DNA from: Macrostomum hystrix
Lineage: Eukaryota > Animalia > Platyhelminthes
DNA: 64,000 nt
NCBI GenBank assembly: GCA_950097015.1
Contig: CATNEN010000001.1
Location: 7,192,001 to 7,256,000, forward strand
Direction: 5' to 3'
The notes under the pieces are model-generated. The model saw nothing but the letters and a program-made list of their open reading frames with translations, had not been told where the DNA came from and did not search any database. This document shows, in pieces, positions 34,591 through 46,527 of the stretch. The first letter of the stretch is position 1, and the number at the start of each line of letters is the position of its first letter. Both the position numbers and the translations under genes were made by a program.

Positions 34591-37500
34591 ATGCTGCAGA
34601 TTCTGCGACCGCCGTTCCTTCAATCTCGACGATTCGTGGGGGATTTCGCCAGAAAAACTAATCGAGTCTTAGCCATTCGACGAGAGACTATCAACCTATG
34701 GGAGAGGCGTGCTCCGTTTTCGCCAAATCATGTTCGAAAGTTGGTAAAAGAAGGCGTGAAGGTCATTGTTCAGCCCTCCAATCGACGCGCATTCACGCAT
34801 AACGTAAGTCGTAAGATTGATTGAGACCTTCCGAAGTTATGATGTCGATCGCTCTTTGTCGCGTATTAAAAAAAATATTTGTTTTATGTAAAGTTTAAAA
34901 TCCTAAATTTGACAGGAATACAGTCAGGCTGGCGCTATCATTCAAGAAGATTTGTCAGAAGCGCCAGTCATCATCGGTGTGAAGCCTACGCCGCTAGACT
35001 ATCAGAGTCTCATGCCAGATAAGACCTACGCGTTCTTCTCCCATACAATCAAGGCTCAGGAGGAGAACATGCCTCTGTTGGACACCCTAATTGAAAGAAA
35101 AATTCGCTTAATAGACTACGAAAAGTTGGTTAACGCTGACGGCAAAAGAATTGTAGCCTTTGGAAAATACGCTGGCATTGTTGGAATGATTAATATATTA
35201 AATGGGCTCGGCATTCGTCTACTAGCGTTAGGCCACCATACGCCATTCATAGTGAGTGATTCTTTCCTAAATTACTAATTATTTTTTATATAACATTCGG
35301 TAAAAATTCGAAATGATTGCTTTATTAAATTTCACGATTTCGTGAGACAACATACTCGTATTTAATGATGCTCTCAGCTTTTAAATGACCTTCATACCTG
35401 CAATTAATTTGTTAAGGTTCGGTTTTTACATTTTCATGAGTTTTTTGTGTGCTTAATATGGATTATTCTCTTTTGGTATTTTTTAACACGCGCCCTGCTT
35501 TCTACTCTTCCGCGCTTTTTTCAGGACGAGCGCTCAGCAGCGCCAGTGTGTTAACTATTCTAATCTCACTTTTCTACCCCTAGAGTTTACTGTACATCAA
35601 GTGTACACTCATCCAAACCCCACCCTCTTCGCAAACCGACACACCCCCTACAAACTTCAATGTACATTCATCCTCCGCGTATTTCTGGTCTTACATTTGG
35701 GGTAGTGCGAGGTGGGTGTGTTCGTCTAGCTGGCGTCACGTGATTCATTTGGCCACGAATTACTGCCTAGCTGTTGTTTGTTATTTTAAGTGTGTTTCAA
35801 GCCAGTCTGATCTAGCGTGTTTTTTACCCTCTTGTATTCCTTGGAATTTCTTGCTTATTTATTTGCTCAGTGTTTAGCTTATCTTGCCTTAGCTTGGCTC
35901 AGTGAAGCTACTTCAAGTAGACAGAGCTAGCTAGGGAGCATTTACAATGAGAGAGATGTAAGCTTGAATCATTGTTTGTCACTCATAGTTAAGACATTTT
36001 ATGCACCCTACGGCTATTTGCGCCTTGCTGCATGTGTTAACTTTAAAGTGCAACACAGTTATTTGCTGACCGATTTTTATTCCCTTGCATATTATGATCT
36101 TTTATTGCCATAGCTTTTTTATGTATTGTTTAATAACTTCCCAGCATTTTTCAGCGCAGTGAAGCTAAATTTGTATAATTCCTTATTGGGGGGGTCGGTG
36201 GCAGAGCGGTTATCGCGTTTGCCTCTCGCACCACGGTCCCTAAGTTCGATTCCACGGCGAGGCCACATTTATTTGGGGCGCAGCCGCGGAGAGAAGGCTT
36301 GAGGGCTTGTCGTGTAATTTACGCCCTTGAGGGCCAACCTCCAAGGCACTGTGAAATGTACACTGCCTGACGATGAGAAAGTCAGGGCAGATGTACACAC
36401 CTGTGTGAGGATCTGTGTACTGTGTGAGTATCTGCCTGTGTACGGTATCTGTGTGCGTGTGTGCTCAGGAGTCAGCGAAATGGGCAGAATTGCCTCCTCG
36501 CTGGCTGCGGGTCTAGTGTCACTTAATTATGTGCCACTGCCCGCAGCCCTCCTGCAATTAATAATAATATTATTATTATTATTATAAATCCTTGTTACTA
36601 AGTCAACAAGTACATGTTGAGCTTTAGTTTAACAGTACATCAACCCCTAACCCAATCCTTCAGTACACCAGCCTCCACTCCATCAGCAACCACCCCTTCC
36701 CTCCAGCACATCGGGCCAGCTCACAACTATCGCAGCGTAGAGATGGCCAAGCAGGCAGTCAGGGACAGCGGCTACGAGATTTCGCTTGGCAACCTACCGA
36801 AATCCATCGGCAACCTGGTGTTTGTCTTCACCGGCTCCGGCAATGTCAGTCAAGGTGCCCAGGACATCTTTCGCGAGTTGCCATTTGAAATGGTTCAGGT
36901 TGAACACTTGCCGGACATTGTAAAACACGGTTCCAGCTCCAAGGTGTACGGTTGTGTGTGCAGTCGCAAAGATTATCTGCGTCACCGGGACACTGGCAAG
37001 TTCGATCCCGAAGATTATGATCAGAATCCTCGGAACTATATCAGCGTGTTCGCTAAAAGCGTGGCGCCGTATGCCTCCGTGCTAATCAACGGCATCTACT
37101 GGGATCCAACATCGCCCAGGTTAATTAGCATACCCGATGCTAAAATACTGCTTAGAGAGCAACAGGATCACAGTCCGTGGCTGCAGTCCTCTCCAGGTGA
37201 TGGGATGTACTTTTAGCTCGCTACCCGATAAAAAATCCAGCAGTTACTTAAATCATATCCCTTTATGAAATTCAGGGCGTGAGTGGCAGAGCGGCTAACG
37301 CGTTCGCCTCTCGCGCCACGGTCCCTGAGCTCGATCGCGCGGCGAGGCCACATTAATTTGGGCGCAGCCGCGGAGAGAAGGCTTGGGGGCTTGTCGTGCA
37401 ATTTACGCCTTTGAGTGCCAACCTCCTAGGCACAATGAAACTGTACACTGCCTGACGATGAGAAAGTCAAGGCAGATAAACACACCTGTGTGAGCGTGTG

Positions 37501-40500
37501 CCTGTGTACACTATTTGTGTGCTCACGAGTCAGCGAAATGGGCAGAATTGCCTCCTCGCTGGCTGCGGGTCTAGTGTCACCATTGTGAGTGTGTGCCATT
37601 GCCCACAGCCCTCCTGCAATTAATATTATACCCAATCCTGCTGTCCCTATACCCAATCCAACAGTCCATATACCCAATCCAGCAGTCCCCATACCCAATC
37701 CTGCTGTCCCTATACCCAATCCAGCTGTCCCTATACCCAATCCAGCAGTCCCCATACTCAATCCAGCAGTCCCCATACCCAATCCAGCAGTCCTCATACC
37801 CAATCCAGCAGTCCCTATACCCAATCCAGCAGTCCCCATACCCAATCCAGCAGTCCCTATACCCAATCCAGCAGTCCCTATACCCAATCCAACAGTCCCT
37901 AAACCCAATCCAACAGTCCCTATACCCAATCCAACAGTCCCCATACCCAATCCAGCAGTCCCTATACCCAATCCAGCAGTCCCCATACCCAATCCAGCAG
38001 TCCCTATACCCAATCCAACAGTCCCTATACCCAATCCAACAGTCCCTATACCCAATCCAACAGTCCCTATACCCAATCCAACAGTCCCTATACCCAATCC
38101 AACAGTCCCTATACCCAATCCAGCAGTCCCTATACCCAATCCAGCAGTCCCTATACCCAATCCAGCAGTCCCCATACCCAATCCAGCAGTCCCTATACCC
38201 AATCCAGCAGTCCCCATACTCAATCCAGCAGTCCCCATACCCAATCCAGCAGTCCTCATACCCAATCCAGCAGTCCCTATACCCAATCCAGCAGTCCCCA
38301 TACCCAATCCAGCAGTCCCTATACCCAATCCAACAGTCCCTATACCCAATCCAACAGTCCCTATACCCAATCCAACAGTCCCTATACCCAATCCAACAGT
38401 CCCTATACCCAATCCAACAGTCCCTATACCCAATCCAACAGTCCCTATACCCAATCCAACAGTCCCTATACCCAATCCAACAGTCCCTATACCCAATCCA
38501 GCAGTCCCTATACCCAATCCAACAGTCCCTATACCCAATCCAGCAGTCCTTCACCAGCTCACACGATGTTTGTAGTTCTCACGGATTTCCTCAGGCTGTC
38601 CTCAACTGCCGCACCGCATGCTGGCTATCAGTGACATCAGTTGCGATCCCGGCGGCTCCATCGAGTTCATGAAGGAAATCACCACCATCGAAAAGCCGTT
38701 CTTCCTGTACGACGCCGAGGAGAACATGAGCTACGATCAGTGAGTCCTTGCTCACTCTTTCGTTGTAAAATGCGATATGCTCTACTTATGAGCTGCTATT
38801 CAGTAGTCGAATAAGGATTTTTCGTCTACAATTAGTAAATAGTAGTGAGAAAACTGCTGACTTGTAGGCTTCATAAAACTAAATATATGATTGTATCTAC
38901 TAGAATTGTGTAACTTTTTAAATTCTCTTTTCTGTAGAAGCACCAGAGTCACAAACAGAGTGCAGTTCGTCAGATCCACTGGTTTAACTTGTCAATCAAT
39001 TGCAGATTCTCAGGTTCCGGTGTAATCATCTGCTCGGTGGACAACCTGCCAGCTCAGATGCCTAGGGAAAGCACAGAGTTCTTCGGCTCCCAGCTCCTGC
39101 CATATATCCACGAAATTGTGAGTGACTAGAACTCGATGCTTATAGCACTGTCAGCTGAAACTCTACTGAATCACTCGGTGTTTCACCCAGTCACTCGGTG
39201 TTTCACCCAGTCACTCGGTGTTTCACCCAGTCACTCGGTGTTTCACCCAGTCACTCGGTGTTTCACCCTGTCACTCGGTGTTTCACCCAGTCACTCGGTG
39301 TTTCACCCAGTCACTCGGTGTTTCACCCAGTCACTCGGTGTTTCACCCAGTCACTCGGTGTTTCACCCAGTCACTCGGTGTTTCACCCAGTCACTCGGTG
39401 TTTCACCCAGTCACTCGGTGTTTCACCCAGTCACTCGGTGTTTCACCCAGTCACTCGGTGTTTCACCCAGTCACTCGGTGTTTCACCCAGTCACTCGGTG
39501 TTTCACCCAGTCACTCGGTGTTTCACCCAGTCACTCGGTGTTTCACCCAGTCACTCGGTGTTTCACCCAGTCACTCGGTGTTTCACCCAGTCACTCGGTA
39601 TTTCACCCAGTCACTCGGTGTTTCACCCAGTCACTCGGTGTTTCACCCAGTCACTCGGTGTTTCACCCAGTAACTCGGTGTTTCACCCAGTCACTCGGTG
39701 TTTCACCCAGTCACTCGGTGTTTCACCCAGTCACTCGGTGTTTCACCCAGTCACTCGGTGTTTCACCCAGTCACTCGGTGTTTCACCCAGTCACTCGGTG
39801 TTTCACCCAGTCACTCGGTATTTCACCCAGTCACTCGGTGTTTCACCCAGTCACTCGGTGTTTCACCCAGTCACTCGGTGTTTCACCCAGTAACTCGGTG
39901 TTTCACCCAGTCACTCGGTGTTTCACCCTGTCACTCGGTGTTTCACCCTGTCACTCGGTGTTTCAGCCTGTCACTCCGTGTTTCAGCCTGTCACTCGGTG
40001 TTTCACCCAGTCACTCGGTGTTTCACCCAGTCACTCGGTGTTTCACCCAGTCACTCGGTGTTTCACCCAGTCACTCGGTATTTCACCCAGTCACTCGGTG
40101 TTTCACCCAGTCACTCGGTGTTTCACCCAGTCACTCGGTGTTTCACCCAGTCACTCGGTGTTTCACCCAGTCACTCTGTTTTTCACCCTGTCACTCGGTG
40201 TTTCACCCAGTCACTCGGTATTTCACCCAGTCACTCGGTGTTTCACCCAGTCACTCGGTATTTCACCCAGTCACTCGGTGTTTCACCCAGTCACTCGGTG
40301 TTTCACCCAGTCACTCGGTGTTTCACCCAGTCACTCGGTGTTTCACCCAGTCACTCGGTATTTCACCCAGTCACTCGGTGTTTCACCCAGTCACTCGGTG
40401 TTTCACCCTGTCACTCGGTGTTTCACCCAGTCACTCGGTGTTTCACCCAGTCACTCGGTGTTTCACCCAGTCACTCGGTGTTTCACCCAGTCACTCGGTG

Positions 40501-43154
40501 TTTCACCCAGTCACTCGGTGTTTCACCCAGTCACTCGGTGTTTCACCCAGTCACTCGGTGTTTCACCCAGTCACTCGGTGTTTCACCCAGTCACTCGGTG
40601 TTTCACCCTGTCACTCGGTGTTTCACCCTGTCACTCGGTGTTTCACACGTCCTGAAGCCCAGCCAATCCGCACTCTCTCCAGCTAGCCTCGGACGCGAAG
40701 CAGCCTTTCGACAGCTGGCAGGCGGATCCCGTCGTGAAGAATGCTGCGATCACATCCAACGGGTCCCTTACGCCGAACTTTGAGTACATCCTGAGCCTGA
40801 GGGACGCCAAGAACCAGCAATCAGTTAGTAAGGCCAGTGCAAAACGGTCAGCGAAGCACCGAGTACTGGTGCTGGGAGCAGGGCATGTAGCCGCTCCACT
40901 TGTTGAATACCTGCACAGAGACAGCAGTTTGCAAATTACCATAGGTGAGACTCGATGTGAGGTTACTCCAGACGAATCCGCGTTATATTTAACACGCAAC
41001 TAACGAAGCATATCTTAAAGCATATCTGGAATTTTTATTTTTGTCTAAAGTAATTAAATGTTTCTCATTAACTGGGCAGATATTAAATATAAGAACAGAT
41101 ACTGTGAAACTACTGCGTTTCTTTCGCGTCGACAAGGCAGAAAATTTCAGTGAGCACACAATATCAGCATTGATATCGTCAAGCAAACGTCAAAATGGCC
41201 GAATTAAAGTGCGGTGTCTGCAGCGCCCGAGCCTGCAGCTCGAGCTGGGACCCCGGTCTGGGACGCCACTGTGTCGCGAGCACATCGCCAATGAGCTGCA
41301 GAAGGTCACTGAACAGAAGGACAGCCTGCTGACAGGCCGTATCAGCTGTTGAGCAACTTGAATATCGGCCATATTGCGTGGCTTGCTGCTCAAACACTGC
41401 AGGATTCGGTGGAGACTCGTCGAGTCGGGTTGTGAAGGCTGAGTCAGCTGACTGTGACGTCACTCCACTGCCTGAGCCCTGCATCTTCGTGGCTCTTGAT
41501 GCAGGCTGCGCTGACCACCTGTTGGTGACGTCACTTGACGGATCCGTGAGGCTGAAGTGCCACATGAACCTGCACTGGAGAAGGTTAATCACGGGTCTTC
41601 ACTTTGACAGCGAGAGGCAGTTGCTGTTTGTGGCTCAGGCCAAAGCCGTGACCGTGACTGTGACTGATCTGAGCGGAGAGGCGAAGCGTGTGATCACTGC
41701 TGAGTCACTGCATCTGAGCAGCATGGACATTTGGGGCATCGATGGAGACACGGACAAACTTCTCTTACTGAATGATGAATCGAACATGGTGCTCAAAATC
41801 GGGAAGGACTCAGGTGAGCTTCAGAGCTCTCTTCATGTGAGTGTATTCAAGAAGGGTTCCTTATTTAACCTGTATCCGCACGGGAGCAGAGCTCCTTGTC
41901 ATTGCTGACTACAAAAATCTCCGGCTTTGCGTCTTCCGCCTGTGCTGAGTGCATGCTCAGTGCTCAGTGAACTGTAAACTCCGATCTCTATAATTAGATG
42001 TGTAACATTGATTTCGTTTATTTACTGCTTATTAGTAGTACTCGTAACTGATTTACCGATTATGAACACATGATAGCTATTATTGCATTGTGCAGGTGCT
42101 GATGCAGAGCAAATGAAATCAATAAACTGGACATGTCAATATAGTGTGATGCATCAACTGTGTTTCTGTATTTTTGTCACTGAACTCATCTTGTCTGTGT
42201 ACAAACTCACAATTCTGAGACCCCTCCTGACCCGCCACCGATCTCAGCTTCGAATGTTCGGGCTGATGTCGAGTCCTTAGCAACCAAGTACAGCTGCCAG
42301 CCCGTGTTTGCCGACTTGCACAGCCAGCCAGAGCTGGTTGAAGGCCTGATCGAAGATCACAGTCTGGTGATCAGCCTGCTGCCCTATTCGTTTCACAGTC
42401 GAGTACTGAAGATGTGCTTGCGAGCCAAGAAGCACCTGGTTACCGCCTCCTATGCCACCGAGGAGCTGAGACAGCTGTGCGATGAGGCCAAGGAGGCTGG
42501 CATCACAGTGTCCATGGAGAATGGCCTGGATCCGGGAATTGATCACCTGCTGGTCATGGAAGCTCTGGACTCCATCAAGGAGCACGGCGGCACAGTTGAC
42601 AAGTGGGTGCCCTGACTGACCGACACTCCAGTTGGTTGGTTGATTGAGAAGTCGATTGATTAATAGACTGGACAAGTGGTTACGCAATTGGCTCTTTAGC
42701 AGGCAGAAGCAGTTTGACCAATCGTCAACCAGTCAATCAGTCAATCAATCAGCCAGTCAATCAATCAATCAATTGAACAAAAAAACAAAAAATCAATCAA
42801 TCAGAGAATCAATCCATCAACGATTGTACAAAGAAACAAAAAATCAATCAATCAATCAGAGAATCAATCAATCAATCAATCAATCAGAGAATCAATCAAT
42901 CAATCAATTGAACAAAAAACTATAAATCAATCAATCAATCAATCAATCAGAGAATTAATCAATCAATAAATTGAACAAAAAACAATAAATTAATAAATCA
43001 ATCAATAAATCAGAGAAACAATCAATCAATCAAGCAATCAGAGAATCAATCAATCAATCAATTGGACAAAAAAGCAAAAATCAATCAATCCATCAGAGAA
43101 TCAATCAATCAATCAATCAATCAACCAGCCAATCAATCAATCAATTAAACAAAA

Positions 43155-43187
<33 letters not shown>

Positions 43188-43329
43188 CCAGCCAATCAAT
43201 CAATCAATTAAACAAAAAACAATCAATCAATCAATCAATCAATCAATTAAACAAAAAAACAATCAATCAATCAATCAATCAATCAACCAATCAGATAATC
43301 AATCAATCAATCAATCAATTGAATAAAAA

Positions 43330-43367
<38 letters not shown>

Positions 43368-45236
43368 TAAACAAAAAAACAATCAATCAATCAATCAACC
43401 AATCAACCAATCAGAGAATCAATCAATCAATCAATCAATCAACACTCGCAGGTTCGTCAGCTACTGCGGCGGTCTGCCAGCGCCGCAGCATAGCAACAAC
43501 CCGCTGCGGTACAAATTCAGCTGGAGCCCGGAGTCCGCCCTGCTGTCCACCCTGAACGCCTCACGCTACCTGAAGGCTGGCAAAATTGTTGAAATCCCAC
43601 GCGGAGGCCACCTCATGCTGGCTGCCCAGGAGGTGAACTATTTTCCTGGCTTTAATCTGGAAGGCTATCCCAACAGGGACAGCCTGCACTACAGGGACCT
43701 GTACGGCATCGGAGCTGCTCAAACTGTGCTCAGGGGAACCCTGCGCTACCGAGGCTACTCAAACGCAGCCTGGGGACTCATCCAACTCGGTCTGTTGTCT
43801 GAGACGCCTCACGCCAGTCTGCATCCCGAAGGTCCCGACATCAGCTGGAAGCAGCTGCTCTGCCAGCTCGTCGGCAAGCCGCCCGACGTCTTTGTCGGCA
43901 CGCTGAAGGACGCCGTCTTCGCCAGGCTGGGCCGCGACCGGGAGAAGTTTGAGTGCATCGAAGAGCTGGGATTGTTTGAGAATCAGCCGATCGATAAGCG
44001 GCATACTCCGCTTGCCAGCATCAGCAGATTGCTCGCACACAAGCTGAAGCTGCGTGAGTTCCTGCTGCTGGGCTGCACTTCGGGAGCCTCCGCCGCAGAA
44101 CCTGCGACATTCCCAGTTGGGAGAACGCTTTCAGATCCTCCCTGTTGGCAAGGCTCTTTCAGATCCTCAGAGCTAGGAAGGTCGCTTTCAGATCCTCACT
44201 GTTGGGAAGAAGCTTTCAGATCCTCACTGTTGGGAAGGTCGCTTTCAGATCCTCACTGTTGGGAAGAAGCTTTCAGATCCTCATTTTTCGGAAGACATTC
44301 TGAGAAATCAGATCCACGCTTTTTGTGATTACGCCATGAGGTCCTCAAAAAAATAATCAAGACTGAATTTGATTCTATTTTATTCCTGATCCTGAAAAGC
44401 TTTTTCCCATATCGCAGATCCCAACTTCATGTCGAAAATCCCATTCCAGAGCCTCACGAGTCAGACGTGGTCATCATGATCCTGGACTTGTCTTGCCGAT
44501 ATCCCAACGGCACAATGGAGAGCCATGAGATCAGCCTGGTGAAGTACGGCGATCCGAACGGCTACTCAGCGATGGCACTGACTGTCGGCTACCCCACCGC
44601 CATAGCAGCCAAGATGGTGCTCGACGGTAAGCTGCGGGCGACACTGGGTGTCAGTGGGTGTCACACTGTGTGTCAGTGGGTGTCACACTGGGTGACGGTG
44701 AGTAGGCACAAGTGTCAGTGAGTAGGTACAAGTGTCAGTGAGTAGGTACAAGTGAGTAGGTGTCAGTGAGTAGGTACAAGTGAGTAGGTGTCAGTGAGTA
44801 CGTACAAGTGTCAGTGAGTAGGCACAAGTGTCAGTGAGTAGGCACAAGTGTCAGTGAGTAGTCACAAGTGTCAGTGAGTAGGCACAAGTGTCAGTGAGTA
44901 GGCACAAGTGTCAGTGAGTAGTCACAAGTGTCAGTGAGTAGGCACAAGTGTCAGTGAGTAGGCACAAGTGTCAGTAAGTTGTCACAAGTGTCAGTGAGTA
45001 GGCACAAGTGTCAGTGAGTAGGCACAAGTGTCAGTAAGTTGTCACAAGTGTCAGTGAGTAGGCACAAGTGTCAGTGGTACCAAACCCTAACGCCTGTCAT
45101 CTGTCCTCACGCAGAGGAGATCCAATCTCGTGGTCTGGTGCTGCCTCTGTCCATGGACATTTATCGACCGATGCTGAAGCGACTCAAAGCTGAGGGCATA
45201 GCAGCCGTTACCAAGACAACGGAGATCTTGGCTTGA
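34591..45236 (+). CDS. AASS: Alpha-aminoadipic semialdehyde synthase, bifunctional LKR/SDH (exons 34591-34803, 34916-35251, 36707-37196, 38595-38739, 39006-39117, 40683-40944, 42248-42602, 43452-44053, 44450-44626, 45115-45236)
   Basis: AIRRE...[129 protein letters not shown]. The Arg-rich N-terminus is compatible with a mitochondrial transit peptide. All ten exons splice in frame. Confidence 0.97.
35549..36055. mobile_element. Probable solo LTR (BEL/Pao-like), ~507 bp
   Basis: TGTT...AACA termini with a 4/5-matching 5-bp TSD (CAGTG / CAGTT); non-coding; AASS intron 2. Confidence 0.5.
36188..36583 (+). mobile_element. SINE family B, full-length reference copy
   Basis: Box A TGGCAGAGCGG, box B GTTCGATTCC, (AAT)/(ATT) tail and a ~13-bp TSD (ATAATTCCTTATT / ATAAATCCTTGTT). 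Confidence 0.92.
37275..37627 (+). mobile_element. SINE family B
   Basis: Near full-length match; its tail abuts the 21-bp array. Confidence 0.9.
37628..38548. repeat. 21-bp intronic minisatellite (ATACCCAATCCAGCAGTCCCT)n, about 44 copies
   Basis: Visible units; source of four spurious >300-aa ORFs. Confidence 0.97.
39171..40646. repeat. 20-bp intronic minisatellite (TCACTCGGTGTTTCACCCAG)n, about 74 copies
   Basis: Highly homogeneous array filling AASS intron 5. Confidence 0.98.
41180..41895 (+). pseudogene. Internally deleted copy of the 46528-48054 gene, nested in AASS intron 6
   Basis: Near-identical to 46528-46676 and 47197-47745. About 520 bp of coiled-coil sequence is missing, with frameshifts and a 3' truncation. 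Confidence 0.9.
42730..43441. repeat. (TCAA)n compound microsatellite
   Basis: Visible; runs up to the acceptor at 43451. Confidence 0.95.
44125..44320. repeat. ~28-29-bp intronic repeat (GCTTTCAGATCCTCACTGTTGGGAAG)n
   Basis: About 6 units after the donor at 44054. Confidence 0.85.
44640..45076. repeat. 20-bp intronic minisatellite (GTGTCAGTGAGTAGGCACAA)n
   Basis: About 19 units filling the last AASS intron. Confidence 0.95.
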
Positions 45237-46527
45237 GAACATTCTACTCAATTCAAAGAGTCATAAAGAGAGCTGTGTAAATTCATACTTATCATTAATT
45301 TTTAAGCAGCAGGTTCTACTGTGGTCAATTAATTAGGTATTTTGTTGTTTTGGGAATTACTAATTACTTTTATTAAATGCCAACAGTTTTTTCTCTTAAC
45401 TCGAATCCGTTAAGAATTGAATTTCGTTAAGAGAAATGGTTGAGAACAATGCAAAGTGTACTCAATGAATTTCCCATCCTTCATTTATTCCACTGTGTTA
45501 AAAGTTCTTTCTCACATCAAAGGCGTGACCTTTTCTGATGTGCTATTCTGCTACACAAAGTGGCAGTTTTTTTATTTTACCTCAGTTTTCACTTTCATTT
45601 ATGCTACTCACGACAGCAGTAGTGTGATACGGCTGTTAAACCTGATTCAGTTTGTTTTGAGACATTTTTATGAAATTCAAACATATTTGTTCGTTTCCAG
45701 TGAGAATTGCTGTTTTAACTAGCTAATTACTCAAATAACTTCAGAACTTGGCTAACCAAATAGTAACTCACACGCTGTTCCTCTACTGTAAGTAGCACAA
45801 GTCGCATGTGGCTCTCAGCATCTTATTTAATTTATTTCAGCTATTTTTTCTGTGCTTTTTAAGACACCAGCAAAATATATTGAGGAAAGTCATTTTCAAA
45901 GAGCGGTCAGTCTACTCACATTTTGATACATAATTAAACTACTCGGCGATCGCGGTGTGATCGCTTTTCAATTTCCACTTTAACCTGAGGTGAGAATTGA
46001 CACGGTTTGAGCCGTATTTGAGTAGTGACTTGCGGAGATGCACCTTATTCAGTGCAACCAAAGCTAACTTAAAGTAGCTTAACCTCTGCCTTCTGCATGC
46101 CTGCGTGTTTGTGTGTGTGCGTTGGGCCGGGTGTGAGGCGTTGTATGGGGGGTGGGGCGGGTGTTTACCAATGTGAACTCTCGTCCCTCCCTTCAGGCAT
46201 CTAAGTCCTCCCCTGGTTTGGTCTGCTCTGTGCGTGTGCGGGCCTGAGATGAGAGGCCCTCCGGCTGCCGCCCCTTCCCCGCTTGGCTTGCTGCTGTGTG
46301 TGAGGTGCCCGAGTCCAGGGGTCCAGATGGCGCGATAGGCGACTCGCCGGCATGGTGGCATGCCGTTCCTGTGTATGTGCGTCAAGTTTCCCAGGCCTTA
46401 ACTGTTAGTTAGAGTTAAGCTGGGTAAAGTTTATCGAATTGGAGTTAGCGCACACACACTGCTAGGTCAGCATACAATTTTGCAGCTAGACGGTGCCAAG
46501 TATTGCCATCGTGAAGCACCATTCTGA

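Noticed and set aside
36360-36400. Hammerhead ribozyme (CTGACGA...GAAA) in SINE-B
   Set aside because: Only 3 nt separate the motifs, so there is no stem II, and CTGAC is paired with GTCAG in a simple hairpin.
36470-36556. Canonical HDV-like ribozyme in SINE-B
   Set aside because: The P1 partner lies downstream rather than upstream, and no GG follows P1 to form P1.1; kept only as a speculative note.
37426-40783. Long ORFs of 150-516 aa on both strands
   Set aside because: They are translations of stop-free 21-bp and 20-bp tandem repeats inside AASS introns, whose flanking exons splice in frame without them.
45939-46450. GC-rich 148-aa ORF or possible element upstream of the TRIM-like gene
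   Set aside because: No motif, no ATG start and only short inverted matches (AGCTTAAC/GTTAAGCT); I cannot define an element.
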